From a virus (Duplodnaviria; Caudoviricetes): 64,000 nt of DNA. The notes under the pieces were generated by a model. That model saw only the letters and a list, made by a program, of their open reading frames with translations, was not told the DNA's origin and did not search any database. Location of the stretch: positions 1 through 64,000 of IMG/VR virus record IMGVR_UViG_3300039076_000082; one strand, given 5' to 3'. The translations under genes and the position numbers were made by a program. Shown in pieces: positions 7,497 to 17,188 of this stretch (within the stretch, counting starts at the first letter, position 1; every line of letters begins with the position of its first letter).

Positions 7497-8464
7497 GCTA
7501 TTCAGCTATTTCTACATATTTGACTTGCTCAGAAAAGTATAGACTTGAACGAGTCGAGAAGATTCCACAAGAGTACGCTAAAACTCCGCTATGGTTCGGT
7601 AGTTCTATTGACTCAGCATCATCCGTTATATTCAATGATAAGATCAATGACTTCTTTGAGTACGAAGAATACTCTTGGGATCGTGCAGTTAGAAACTTTG
7701 AACACAGTCTCACTTACGTCAGATTTAACGATAAGATGATTGATACTCGTTACAATAAGCTAGTTAGATATTCTAAAGCAGATTTTGACCTAAGATTACT
7801 ACAGGATGAGGATTTAGAAAAGATCAGAATGAGATCACTAGAGCTAGAGTTTGAAGACTTCGATAAGCCTACCATGGAAGAGTTTGTTGAGTATTGCCAA
7901 GGAATTAAAGGTGAGATGGATGAGTTAGACTTGCTAATGTATAATTATATTGGCTATCATTGTCTATATAGGAAGGGATTACTTTTACTGAAAGCTATTA
8001 AAGATTGGTCAGATAAAAACGTAAAGGAAGTTATTTCTACTCAAAGGTATTTTAGAATTACTAATGAAGATGGGGATAATTATAGCGGTCTATTGGACTT
8101 GGAAGCTATACTAAACGATGGGAAGCAGTATACTATTGACTTGAAAACTGCAAGTAATCCGAAGCAACAGTACCCAGAGAACTGTATTGACACTTCAATG
8201 CAACTCCATAGCTATGCTGAAGTCGGAAGTAAGTTAGTTGGTTATTTGGTATTGGGTAAGAGTATCCGAGTTAAAGAACCGAAAGTAGACTTGAGAGAAG
8301 TTTACGGTGAAGTAACTGATGAGATGCTAGATAAATCTTTTGACATTATTGATAATGTGATGCAAGATATTAAAAGTGGGAAGTTTGAGAAAAATCGGGA
8401 CGGTTGTTTTTCGTTCGGACCTTGCCCCCATATGAGTAGATGTTTTCCTAGGAGTAAAAAATGA
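7481..8464 (+). CDS. PD-(D/E)XK (RecB/Cas4-like) exonuclease, probable recombination partner of ERF
   Basis: LSYSAISTYLTC...GLLDL...IDLKT...C-terminal CxxxxxCPxxxxC. Confidence 0.85.
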   Translation: MPINLSYSAISTYLTCSEKYRLERVEKIPQEYAKTPLWFGSSIDSASSVIFNDKINDFFEYEEYSWDRAVRNFEHSLTYVRFNDKMIDTRYNKLVRYSKADFDLRLLQDEDLEKIRMRSLELEFEDFDKPTMEEFVEYCQGIKGEMDELDLLMYNYIGYHCLYRKGLLLLKAIKDWSDKNVKEVISTQRYFRITNEDGDNYSGLLDLEAILNDGKQYTIDLKTASNPKQQYPENCIDTSMQLHSYAEVGSKLVGYLVLGKSIRVKEPKVDLREVYGEVTDEMLDKSFDIIDNVMQDIKSGKFEKNRDGCFSFGPCPHMSRCFPRSKK

Positions 8465-8589
8465 AAGACACAAAAGACGAGATCATTGAGCAGTATCTAC
8501 AGAAAGTATTACCGAGCGCTATTGACAAACATATAAATGTTACAGTTATTAAAAAAGAATTATTGAAGGTATTGGAAAAATTATCATAA
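8461..8589 (+). CDS. Small hypothetical protein
   Basis: AGGAG SD, ATGA overlap, 42 aa. Confidence 0.45.
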   Translation: MKDTKDEIIEQYLQKVLPSAIDKHINVTVIKKELLKVLEKLS

Positions 8590-8599
8590 GAGGTGTTAA

Positions 8600-8929
8600 A
8601 TGAGCTTTGAACAAATGAAGAAAGATGAATTGGTTAAAGAAGCTAGAGAACTATCCCAACAACTAAAAGAAGCTAATGCTCGTATTAAAGAGCTAGAGTC
8701 GCAAGTTAAGACTGATAAAGCTAACGAAGTGCCTATGGCGCTAGGAGCAGTATCGCTCTATCGTAATAAGGACAAAGAGCTGGTATTAGCTACTTTGAAG
8801 TTCAATCCTGAGACAGGAGATGCTAAAGTAGATAGTCTACAGCCGTACAAATCAAGTGTGGAGCATAAGGCTTGTTTTGAAGCTGAGAAGTTGTTGCAAG
8901 GTACGTTCTTTTTTCAGAGAGAGGAATAA
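8600..8929 (+). CDS. Hypothetical protein, N-terminal coiled coil
   Basis: 109 aa, GAGG SD. Confidence 0.7.
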   Translation: MSFEQMKKDELVKEARELSQQLKEANARIKELESQVKTDKANEVPMALGAVSLYRNKDKELVLATLKFNPETGDAKVDSLQPYKSSVEHKACFEAEKLLQGTFFFQREE

Positions 8930-9373
8930 ATGAAAATTACAGATGAATTAGTAGCGGTAATTAACGGTGGACTACAAGACTTACAATTTGAAATTGAGCT
9001 ATTAGAAGCACTAGAACGTATTGCTGAAGGTGAGGAGCGTACTCAAGATGAGCTAGATGCTGTTGAGAGAGCAGTAAAAGCTGTAGGACTAACACTAGAA
9101 AATAGATCGCTAGAACTATGCGGAGTACTATCTAATCGCTTTAAAACCACAGTAAACAATTCAGAAGAGGCTTATCAGGAGTATTCTAAGTTAGCTAATA
9201 CTATCAACTATACAGTACAAATGGATAGAGTACTGTCCTTTGTAGCTAGTCAGAATGTTAGTAAAAGTACAATTAGTGAGATTACTAGCTTGAAAGTTAG
9301 TTTGGTTAATGATATCTTAGCTAAGTTAGGAATTGACCTACAGATTAAGGAGTCGTTAGATGAGAATATTTAA
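8930..9373 (+). CDS. Hypothetical helical protein
   Basis: 147 aa, GAGG SD. Confidence 0.7.
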   Translation: MKITDELVAVINGGLQDLQFEIELLEALERIAEGEERTQDELDAVERAVKAVGLTLENRSLELCGVLSNRFKTTVNNSEEAYQEYSKLANTINYTVQMDRVLSFVASQNVSKSTISEITSLKVSLVNDILAKLGIDLQIKESLDENI

Positions 9374-9701
9374 AGTTGGTGATAGAGTTAGAGTAGCACA
9401 AATATTTGGTGATACTTTTGGTAGTGGTATAACAATTGGAGATTTAGGAATAGTTGTTGAAGTAGAATCAGATAGTATCGGAGTACAGTTTGACTTTACT
9501 TTTGATTGCGGTCATGATTGTGCAGGTAAAGCTATTAAAGGTAGAGGTCGTTATTTAGAACCGGAAGAATTAGAATTAGTAGAACCAGTTCAAGAAAAAG
9601 AAAGCCCAAGAACTTTTACTCTATTTGAGCGAATGGATAGAGTAAGAGAGTTAGAAATTGAATTACAAAAAGCTAAAAAAGAGCTTAAAGATATATTATA
9701 G
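9360..9701 (+). CDS. Hypothetical protein with SH3/KOW-like N-terminus
   Basis: FKVGDRVRV...GDLGIVVEV...IGVQFD. Confidence 0.6.
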   Translation: MRIFKVGDRVRVAQIFGDTFGSGITIGDLGIVVEVESDSIGVQFDFTFDCGHDCAGKAIKGRGRYLEPEELELVEPVQEKESPRTFTLFERMDRVRELEIELQKAKKELKDIL

Positions 9702-9710
9702 GAGAATTAT

Positions 9711-10220
9711 ATGAATAAAGAATTTATTAAAAAAGTAGCAGAAATTCAGAAACATTTGAAAGCCCATAAGAGTCAAAGAAATACCTTTGGAAATTATAAT
9801 TATCGCAATCAAGAAGATATACTTGAAGCAGTAAAGCCTCTCTTGAGCGAAAGAGAATTAGTATTAACAATCAGTGACGAAATTGTTTCAGTTCAAGATA
9901 GTATTGATAGCAGTAGAGTTTATGTAAAAGCTACCGCAATTCTAACTGATGGTGAAAATAGCATCTCCAATACAGCATTTGCTAGAGAGTCTTTGGATAA
10001 GAAGGGAATGGATAGCTCACAGATTACAGGAGCTACATCCTCTTATGCTAGAAAATACGCTTTAAATGGATTATTTTTGATTGATGATACCAAAGATGCG
10101 GATTCAATGGATAATAATAAAGAAGAGAAGTCAGACAAAACACCAACAGAAAAAAACTCTACACCAGACGGTAATACTACCAAACCTACAGGTAGTAGAT
10201 TCAGAAGAGGAGCTAAATAA
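9711..10220 (+). CDS. erf: ERF-family single-strand annealing protein
   Basis: KSQRNTFGNYNYR..EDILEAVKPLL...GATSSYARKYALNGLFLI.D.KDAD. Confidence 0.92.
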   Translation: MNKEFIKKVAEIQKHLKAHKSQRNTFGNYNYRNQEDILEAVKPLLSERELVLTISDEIVSVQDSIDSSRVYVKATAILTDGENSISNTAFARESLDKKGMDSSQITGATSSYARKYALNGLFLIDDTKDADSMDNNKEEKSDKTPTEKNSTPDGNTTKPTGSRFRRGAK

Positions 10221-10540
10221 TGAAAGTGCAATACGAAAACGAACAATCTTTAGTAGAAGCTTTGAACGACTTGGAATCAAGAAAGAATCAAGTATCAAAG
10301 CAAGCTAACATGATTATTGAAAGTAATAAACTTAGTAAAAAAGGTTTAGGAAGGGTAATGAGAGCATTGAACGACTACCCTAGGGTCAAGACTAAACTAA
10401 CCGATCCAGATGAAGCGGCTTTATTGACGCTATCAGTAGAAGTAAAGAATCATCAGCTATCAATGATGGTTTTAGTAGACGCAATTAATACGTTGCAAAA
10501 GCAACAACAAAATACACAGGGAGAACAAAATGAGCTTTAG
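10220..10540 (+). CDS. Hypothetical protein
   Basis: 106 aa, TAATG coupling. Confidence 0.7.
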   Translation: MKVQYENEQSLVEALNDLESRKNQVSKQANMIIESNKLSKKGLGRVMRALNDYPRVKTKLTDPDEAALLTLSVEVKNHQLSMMVLVDAINTLQKQQQNTQGEQNEL

Positions 10541-10889
10541 AAAAAGAACAGCACAAGCAGTAGAACAACCAAAAGTAGAAAAAGACCCTACACCTACCAA
10601 GAACGCAGTTAAGCCTCAAGCAAAAGGTAAATCAACTTTCCTTAAATTGGGAGCGATTATTGAAAAGAAAGACGGTGGAGCTTATATTAAGTTAGACGGC
10701 GGTAAAGAAGGTATCCTACCCGAGATTGAAATCGATGGTAAAAGAGTTACAGGATTCCAACTAGAGGACCCTACAGTAAAGTTTGAGCGTATGGTAAACG
10801 CTGGAAAAATGTCAGAAGAAGAAGCAGAAGAGAAAGCTTCTAAAGTACCTAGCTACGTTCTATTTGAGATTACTGCTATTACAGAATAA
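10530..10889 (+). CDS. Hypothetical protein
   Basis: 119 aa, GGAG SD. Confidence 0.7.
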   Translation: MSFRKRTAQAVEQPKVEKDPTPTKNAVKPQAKGKSTFLKLGAIIEKKDGGAYIKLDGGKEGILPEIEIDGKRVTGFQLEDPTVKFERMVNAGKMSEEEAEEKASKVPSYVLFEITAITE

Positions 10890-10895
10890 TAATAT

Positions 10896-10952
10896 GAGGT
10901 AAGAGTCACAGCTCACGTTTAAAGTAGGTTAGAGTTACCTACGCCTCTTTTT
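10896..10952 (+). terminator. Branched stem-loop with T-tract (terminator or small RNA)
   Basis: GAGGT/GCCTC closing stem; GAGT/GCTC and GTAGGT/ACCTAC inner hairpins; then TTTTT. Confidence 0.5.
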
Positions 10953-10956
10953 AATC

Positions 10957-10985
10957 TTGCACTTTGGTTAGTAATAGTCTATACT
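10957..10985 (+). promoter_or_regulatory. sigma70-type promoter
   Basis: TTGCAC-17-TATACT. Confidence 0.65.
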
Positions 10986-11003
10986 ATTATTGTCGGAGGT
11001 ACT

Positions 11004-11219
11004 ATGAAAACTGAAGTAGAGCTATTTAGAAAACAGAAAAAGCTAATTGTTGATTTTGTTGCTAAAAATGGAATTGATAAAGTATCGCTTTATAGTGCTA
11101 CTTGTGGGATACCTCTTGTTGTTATTTATACTTATGTGATGGAAGATTTACCCCAGCATAAAGAGTTCGCAGAAGCTAAGATTGAGAGCTTAAAGAAGTT
11201 TTACGGATTAAGGGAGTAG
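11004..11219 (+). CDS. Hypothetical protein
   Basis: GGAGG SD, 71 aa. Confidence 0.7.
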   Translation: MKTEVELFRKQKKLIVDFVAKNGIDKVSLYSATCGIPLVVIYTYVMEDLPQHKEFAEAKIESLKKFYGLRE

Positions 11220-11221
11220 AT

Positions 11222-11434
11222 ATGGATAAAGTATTAGCAGTAATTATTTTAGCTTCGTGTTGGATATTTATTGTAACTCCTGTACTTACAAGTTTACTAT
11301 TTGACAGAATAACCGATGGGTCTTACATTGGATCAGTTAAAGTAGGTTTATTTATTCAAGCATTAGTATTGTTTTTCGTGGTATTTATTTTTGCAATTAG
11401 TTGGTCAACAGAAGTATTATTTGGAGTAAGTTAA
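11222..11434 (+). CDS. Membrane protein (2 TM)
   Basis: Two hydrophobic helices. Confidence 0.65.
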   Translation: MDKVLAVIILASCWIFIVTPVLTSLLFDRITDGSYIGSVKVGLFIQALVLFFVVFIFAISWSTEVLFGVS

Positions 11435-11703
11435 TGATTAGTAAAAAGCGATATTTAGAGCTAAAAAAGAAACGTAAACTGCTTCATAAAGAGCTTGTTT
11501 CTGAAAAAAAGAGAGTAACTAGGTATAAGAATTATATGGATACTATATCAATGTCAGCTTTTAGACCAGAATTTAATATGGCTATGATGATTTATACTCA
11601 ACTTAAAACTGAGTATAGATTGATTACTGAGTTAATTGACTCTGTTATAGAGTTAAGATTTGCTAGAGAATTAGTTAAAGTTTCTACTAGAGTAGTGGAG
11701 TAA
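11434..11703 (+). CDS. Basic coiled-coil hypothetical protein
   Basis: ATG 11434 overlaps the upstream TAA. Confidence 0.6.
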   Translation: MISKKRYLELKKKRKLLHKELVSEKKRVTRYKNYMDTISMSAFRPEFNMAMMIYTQLKTEYRLITELIDSVIELRFARELVKVSTRVVE

Positions 11704-11705
11704 TT

Positions 11706-12058
11706 ATGGAAAATTGTAAATGTGAGCAATGTGAAAATTCTGTACCAAAAATACAACTATTAAATATTATTGATCCATTTAGTGGAAAATTAGTATTAAC
11801 TATTTGCGAAGTTTGCAATGAAAGAAACTACGACAACTATATTGAGAGTTTTTACGGATAGTAGAATAAGTCATTGGGAGTTGCTAAAAGATGAAGAATA
11901 ATACAATAGAGTTGATTAAAATGAAAGTAGAGATTTTAAAACTAAAAGCTAACGACTATGAGTGGAATTGTCATGTACCTGCTGATGTTAAAGATGAATT
12001 AGAGCAAGTTTTAATGCAAATAAACAACGCTTTACAAAATAACAAAGATGAAGTGTAG
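11706..12058 (+). CDS. Two small hypothetical ORFs (11706-11861 Cys-rich; 11891-12058)
   Basis: Read manually; fill the gap in the track. Confidence 0.45.
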
Positions 12059-12263
12059 CTTTTGTAGCGAAAGTTGCAGTAGTGAGTATTGTAGCTATTA
12101 TCAAGAAGGGAAGAGTTTATTCTTAGCTGATGATATTAATATTGCTTTTATGGAGTATTATGATATAGACTATGCTACAGCTATTAATAAGGCGTATGAA
12201 GAGGCTTATAGAGCTTTTTATGATAGTGTGAAGAGAGGAGTGAGGGTATATAAATGGATTTGA
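12048..12263 (+). CDS. Hypothetical protein, N-terminal Cys cluster
   Basis: 71 aa. Confidence 0.55.
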   Translation: MKCSFCSESCSSEYCSYYQEGKSLFLADDINIAFMEYYDIDYATAINKAYEEAYRAFYDSVKRGVRVYKWI

Positions 12264-12484
12264 ATAAGAGATTAGTTAGACTGAAAGCCGGAGACAGTAT
12301 TCCTGAAAATGCTAAATTTGTCCATGCTGAAAGTGTTGATGAGTTCGATGGGTATGAATATTTTAGCAGAGAAGGATTATTTATTACTACAGATTATAAA
12401 AGAGCCAAGTATAAGAAAGTTACATATTTGTGGTATGAAGTAGAGAACTGTGAATCAAGGGAAAACCAATGGACGAAGTATTAA
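12254..12484 (+). CDS. Hypothetical protein
   Basis: 76 aa, GAGG SD. Confidence 0.6.
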   Translation: MDLNKRLVRLKAGDSIPENAKFVHAESVDEFDGYEYFSREGLFITTDYKRAKYKKVTYLWYEVENCESRENQWTKY

Positions 12485-12708
12485 TTGAAGACGATTTAGA
12501 TATCTTGGATAAAATAAGCATTAATGGTAGGGTAAGTAAGAAGCTTTTTAATAAGGTAGTAAGACCTCAGTTAGAAGAGTTATATGTTTTACAAAATAGA
12601 GTAAAAGTTTTAGAGCGACAAATGAAATGCAATTATTTGCATAATTTTACTGTTAGTGGTTTTTATTGTAATAAATGTGGTTGGTCACAACCTACTTTAG
12701 ATAGATAA
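12469..12708 (+). CDS. Hypothetical protein, C-terminal CxxC
   Basis: 79 aa. Confidence 0.6.
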   Translation: MDEVLIEDDLDILDKISINGRVSKKLFNKVVRPQLEELYVLQNRVKVLERQMKCNYLHNFTVSGFYCNKCGWSQPTLDR

Positions 12709-12718
12709 AGGAGATATA

Positions 12719-13732
12719 ATGGATTTTAAAGCAAAAAGAAAATTAGAAATTAAAAGAAAACTTCCATTGGCTTCTGAGTTAGCTCAGAACTACGACAAGG
12801 TGGAGGACGAAATAGGTAAAACCATTTTTGGTATTAGATTCTACGAAGGATTAACAGTGAAGCCTAGAAAAGGTCACATCGGAGGGCTTCTTGCTGGTCC
12901 CGGAGTAGGTAAATCTACTACTTCAGGAGTAATGGTTAGAGATTTTCTATTAGACGATAGAAATAAAGGATATGTCGCAGTAATCTCCTTGGAACTAACA
13001 AAGCATGAAACTTTAGAGCCTATTATGAAATCGGTAGGTAATGAATATCCTGAGAAGCTAGAAAAATTAATTATTATCGACTGTTATGACGATGAAGGTA
13101 AAGATAAAGACATGACTGTACAAGATATTAAAATGGAATTATTAAATATTCAAAGGGAACTAGGAGAGTCTATTGATTTTGTAATCGTTGACCATTTTCA
13201 CGAAACCTTTAATAACGGATCAACCGATTTTAACCCAGTTGCAAAAGCATATAAAGGTTTAGCAATGGAATTAGATGCATTTGTATTATTACCTTCTCAA
13301 ACAACTAAGGATAAAGGCTGTGGTGATATCCCGGTTCCGAAAAATGGTTGTTATGGTTGTAGTAAATATGAAAATCTTTGTTCACATATTTTAACTATTT
13401 TTCAACCGCTATTGAGAGTGCAAAACGAATGTGATTTAAAAGCATTAGGTTGGCAGTTATCCAAAATAAGATGGAAAAGAGGAGATAAAGATAAGACCAA
13501 AGAGGGAATTAATTATGTATATAAATATGTACCAGATGAGGAGAATTTTGAAGAACTTACACCTAATGAAAAATTTACATTTCAAATGTATTATGAAAAA
13601 GTATTAGAGTTAAGAGATAACGAAGAGAAGAAAAAATCATATACTTTCGATTTATCTACAATCATTAAAGGTAAAGATGGTAAAGAAGTCAAGTTGACTA
13701 AAATTATTGGCGGTAAAGAAGAAGATAGTTGA
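12719..13732 (+). CDS. SF4 (DnaB/T7 gp4-like) replicative helicase, motor domain only
   Basis: Walker A AGPGVGKS, IVDHFH (Walker B/H2), LAMELDAFVLLPSQ (H3). Confidence 0.85.
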   Translation: MDFKAKRKLEIKRKLPLASELAQNYDKVEDEIGKTIFGIRFYEGLTVKPRKGHIGGLLAGPGVGKSTTSGVMVRDFLLDDRNKGYVAVISLELTKHETLEPIMKSVGNEYPEKLEKLIIIDCYDDEGKDKDMTVQDIKMELLNIQRELGESIDFVIVDHFHETFNNGSTDFNPVAKAYKGLAMELDAFVLLPSQTTKDKGCGDIPVPKNGCYGCSKYENLCSHILTIFQPLLRVQNECDLKALGWQLSKIRWKRGDKDKTKEGINYVYKYVPDEENFEELTPNEKFTFQMYYEKVLELRDNEEKKKSYTFDLSTIIKGKDGKEVKLTKIIGGKEEDS

Positions 13733-13757
13733 CCTAATAAAAATATTACAGTATTAT
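13729..13757 (+). promoter_or_regulatory. sigma70-type promoter
   Basis: TTGACC-17-TATTAT. Confidence 0.55.
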
Positions 13758-13760
13758 ATT

Positions 13761-13788
13761 ACCAGAGACTAGTGTTCTCTGGTTTTTT
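13761..13788 (+). terminator. Rho-independent terminator
   Basis: ACCAGAGA-CTAGTGT-TCTCTGGT then a T run. Confidence 0.8.
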
Positions 13789-13805
13789 ATATAAGGAGTA
13801 ACAAA

Positions 13806-14612
13806 TTGGCTAATTTTACTGTAATTAAAAAGTTTGAAAAGAAAACTAAAATAAGATGTGTATGTGGAAATGAATTATATATAAAAAATCGACTAGAATT
13901 AAAAAATACATGCAACTGTGAAATTAAAGATTCGAGATCCGAAAATTTTAATACTTCCTATAATATTTATAAAAATGGAGCAAAAGAAAGGAATTTAGAG
14001 TTTAAAATAACACCAGAACATTTTGAACATTTAATAAATAGTATATGTTTTTATTGTGATGAAAAACCTAGAATGTATTCAGAAGGTGTGGAGCGTATGG
14101 GAATAGATAGAACTTGTAACAGTGAGGGCTATCTTCCGCACAACGTAATATCTTGTTGCACTAGGTGTAATATTGGTAAACGTGATATGGATTTAGGTGA
14201 GTATGAAGAGTATATTTCAAAAGTCTATCATAACCTTAAAAAATATAGAGAATTTGTCGATAAAGATCCACAAAGAAACTTATTTCTTTTCAAAAGAGGA
14301 TATATGTTAACTGGTTCACACGTAGTTAGACTTTTGGACATGGGGCTTATCAGTAAAGAAGAAGTTCGTTACGACTTATCTAAAACATTGTTTAATAATC
14401 AATACGAGTCTAATGGGTTTGTCAATATGCTAATAGATATTGTAAGTACCTACGCTGGTACTAAAAAAGCTAAAAGTAAAGTAATGAAAACACGTTACGA
14501 CAAAATAGAAAGAATATATGCTGATTTTTTGGAAAATAAAAGAATAGATCATCAATTGGTGTGTCGTTTGATTTTAAATAAAGAATTAATTCTTTTTGAC
14601 AAAGGTAAATAA
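13806..14612 (+). CDS. HNH homing-type endonuclease
   Basis: CVCGN, CFYC...GIDR..N..GY...NVISCCTRCN..K; TTG start after AAGGAG. Confidence 0.85.
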   Translation: MANFTVIKKFEKKTKIRCVCGNELYIKNRLELKNTCNCEIKDSRSENFNTSYNIYKNGAKERNLEFKITPEHFEHLINSICFYCDEKPRMYSEGVERMGIDRTCNSEGYLPHNVISCCTRCNIGKRDMDLGEYEEYISKVYHNLKKYREFVDKDPQRNLFLFKRGYMLTGSHVVRLLDMGLISKEEVRYDLSKTLFNNQYESNGFVNMLIDIVSTYAGTKKAKSKVMKTRYDKIERIYADFLENKRIDHQLVCRLILNKELILFDKGK

Positions 14613-14617
14613 ACTAA

Positions 14618-14646
14618 TTGACACATCTCTCACTTTAAACTAAACT
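14618..14646 (+). promoter_or_regulatory. sigma70-type promoter
   Basis: TTGACA-17-TAAACT. Confidence 0.7.
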
Positions 14647-14674
14647 ATTCCTAATCGACTACTCGGAGGATCAA

Positions 14675-16579
14675 TTGTCACAAATCAAAACGAAAATTGC
14701 TAAACTAAACCAAACAAAGGTAAACCTCAAGAAAAAGTTTATTGGGATCGACCGTCAAATTGACCAAATTGTTAACTCAATTAAAGCGTTCATACTCTTT
14801 CCTGAGACATTAAATAAGCCTCTTATCATTAACCTTTGGGGAATTACTGGTACGTTTAAAACATCAGTTTTGCGCGAGCTAATCAAAGAATTAGAACTTA
14901 CTTCTCGTTTTGTTGAAGTAGACTCAAGAGACTTGCAAAGTGGTATCACTCCTTTATTAGGACACCCTAATCCTGATAAAAAAGATATTATTATGCCGTG
15001 TGTATTCTTATTGGACGAGTTTCAAAACACTAGAACTATTGATATCCACGGTAATGATACGGAAAGAGCTGACGGTTTAGCAGAACTATTCTCGTTTCTA
15101 TCTGATGGGAAAATTGTAATTAATCGTAATCAATACAAAGTAGAACAAGTTTTATTTCTACTGAATAGAATTAAAATTGATGTAGATTCAGTAGTTCAAC
15201 AAATTGAAGATTTCTACGAGCAAAGAGCTACTTCTAGCCTATCTAAACCTACAGTAGTAGGTCAAAAAACATCAAATGACTCTAGTGAGAAGCCAGAAAG
15301 AAAACAAGTATCTTTTGAAACTAAAATGTTTTACTTTTACGACTACTATATTGACAATATTGAAGCTCTAGTTGGTGCTGACTTTCTTCAAATCAAGTAT
15401 AAATCGCCACAAGATGCTCTATTAGCTTTAGCAGAAGCCTTAAAGGACTACGGACCTACTAAAGTATTCGACCTATCTAAATCGTTAGTTTTCGTAGCAG
15501 GTAACATTGATGAAGCATTTGCTGGACTAACTTCTATTACCGATAACGATTACTTCTCTCCTGACGACTTTTATGCGCTATCTTCAAAAGTAAACTTCAA
15601 TCAAGTTAAGCAAGCTTTATTCTACCGTTTTAAGCCGGAACAAGTAAGTAGGCTAGGTAGTAACCACGTCATCTTCCCAAGCTTTAATACGGCTATGTAT
15701 AAGGCTCTAATTACGTCTCTAAACAAGCGCTCTATCTCGAAATACAAAGATCTTGGCATCAAAATCAAGATTGACAAGTCAATTGACGAATTTATTTTGA
15801 AGCACAACGCTATACCTTCTCAGGGAGCTAGAAGTGTGTTATCTGCACATGAGTACTTAGTTGATAGCAACCTATCGGAAATTATCGCTGAGACAATGAT
15901 TAGAGGCGGTAAAGAAGTACTAATTGGAGTAGTAAACAATCGAGTCCACTTAATTAACGACAAGAAAAAAGTAATCAAAAAGAATATTGACATTATCGAT
16001 TTGACTGTGCTAAAGAACTATGAAGATAAACGAACAAACCATACTATTTCGGTTCATGAAGCATCTCATGCTGTAGTCTCAATTGCTTTATTAGGAGAAT
16101 TGCCGTCAACGATTAAAGTAAGAATGAATGATAGTAGTATAGGTGGTTATTGCAAAATAGAAGGATTCCCAGAACTTGCGAATAGACGTGATTATATTAA
16201 CTTTATCGCTATAGCATTAGCTGGTTATGTCGGAGAGTTAATTGATAATAATTACAACATTGATATGGTTTCGGTAGGAAGTTCTAGCGATATTGTAAAA
16301 GCTACTGGTATTGCTACAGACTTAGTTAAGGTATTAGGTTTAGGGATTAGTGGAGATATAACAGCTAGAGGTGTATCTGGTATGGTAGCCGATGTAATGC
16401 TAAGAGAAAATAACAAAGAAGTAGAAGAAGAGATTGAAAATATTGTAAATGAAGGATTTTTATTAGCGCATTTGGTGCTGGTTACAATGCAAAAAGAACA
16501 TAGATTATTGACGGAAGTTTTGAAAAAGAATGTCACTATTAAACCTAATCAGATTAAACATATTTTTTATAGGAGTTGA
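14675..16579 (+). CDS. Soluble AAA+ ATPase (Clp-like) fused to FtsH-type M41 Zn peptidase
   Basis: GITGTFKT (variant Walker A), FLLDEFQ, FKPEQVSRLG; C-terminal HEASH, LAGYVGE, GSSSDIVKAT; no TM segment. Confidence 0.8.
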   Translation: MSQIKTKIAKLNQTKVNLKKKFIGIDRQIDQIVNSIKAFILFPETLNKPLIINLWGITGTFKTSVLRELIKELELTSRFVEVDSRDLQSGITPLLGHPNPDKKDIIMPCVFLLDEFQNTRTIDIHGNDTERADGLAELFSFLSDGKIVINRNQYKVEQVLFLLNRIKIDVDSVVQQIEDFYEQRATSSLSKPTVVGQKTSNDSSEKPERKQVSFETKMFYFYDYYIDNIEALVGADFLQIKYKSPQDALLALAEALKDYGPTKVFDLSKSLVFVAGNIDEAFAGLTSITDNDYFSPDDFYALSSKVNFNQVKQALFYRFKPEQVSRLGSNHVIFPSFNTAMYKALITSLNKRSISKYKDLGIKIKIDKSIDEFILKHNAIPSQGARSVLSAHEYLVDSNLSEIIAETMIRGGKEVLIGVVNNRVHLINDKKKVIKKNIDIIDLTVLKNYEDKRTNHTISVHEASHAVVSIALLGELPSTIKVRMNDSSIGGYCKIEGFPELANRRDYINFIAIALAGYVGELIDNNYNIDMVSVGSSSDIVKATGIATDLVKVLGLGISGDITARGVSGMVADVMLRENNKEVEEEIENIVNEGFLLAHLVLVTMQKEHRLLTEVLKKNVTIKPNQIKHIFYRS

Positions 16580-17118
16580 ATTTGACAGAAGAGATTTGGA
16601 AAGATATTCGGGGATTTGAAGGATATTATCAAATATCTAATCATGGAAGGGTTAGGTCTTTAGATAGAATTATTCCGACCAAGAAATTTAATATAAAGAG
16701 AAAAGGTGAAGTAATGAGTACTTCGCTCAATACTAAAGGTTACCCTCATATTAGATTATGTAAGAATGGTAAAAGAGAAACATTTAGAGTTCACAGACTA
16801 GTGGCACAAACATTTTTACCTAATCCCAATAATGATGAAATTGTAAACCATAAAGATTCAAATAAGACTAATAATAATCTAGACAATCTTGAATGGTGTA
16901 GCGAAATGGACAATAGACAACACGCAAGAAAAATTTTCAACGATACAGCCTACGGAGAAGCCTGTAATCTTAGTAAATTAACTGAGCAACAAGTTAGAGA
17001 AATAAGAGCCAATGGAAAAAATGGTAGAACTAATGAGCAAATAGCTAAGTTATATAATGTATCTCATGAAACTATCAGGAATGTTTTAAACGGTAATTCT
17101 TGGAAACATATATTATAG
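16576..17118 (+). CDS. NUMOD4-HNH homing endonuclease
   Basis: EIWKDIRGFEGYYQISNHGRVRS; VHRLVA...VNHKDSNKTNN...NLEW; start may be TTG 16582. Confidence 0.92.
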   Translation: MNLTEEIWKDIRGFEGYYQISNHGRVRSLDRIIPTKKFNIKRKGEVMSTSLNTKGYPHIRLCKNGKRETFRVHRLVAQTFLPNPNNDEIVNHKDSNKTNNNLDNLEWCSEMDNRQHARKIFNDTAYGEACNLSKLTEQQVREIRANGKNGRTNEQIAKLYNVSHETIRNVLNGNSWKHIL

Positions 17119-17146
17119 TTGACATTTTAAAGAAAAATGTTACAGT
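17119..17146 (+). promoter_or_regulatory. sigma70-type promoter
   Basis: TTGACA-16-TACAGT. Confidence 0.5.
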
Positions 17147-17188
17147 TAAACCTGAGATGATTGCTCACATTTTTAGATAGGAGAACTT

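Noticed and set aside
7481-8464. Cas4 as part of a CRISPR system
   Set aside because: No other cas genes or array; proximity to ERF favours a recombination exonuclease
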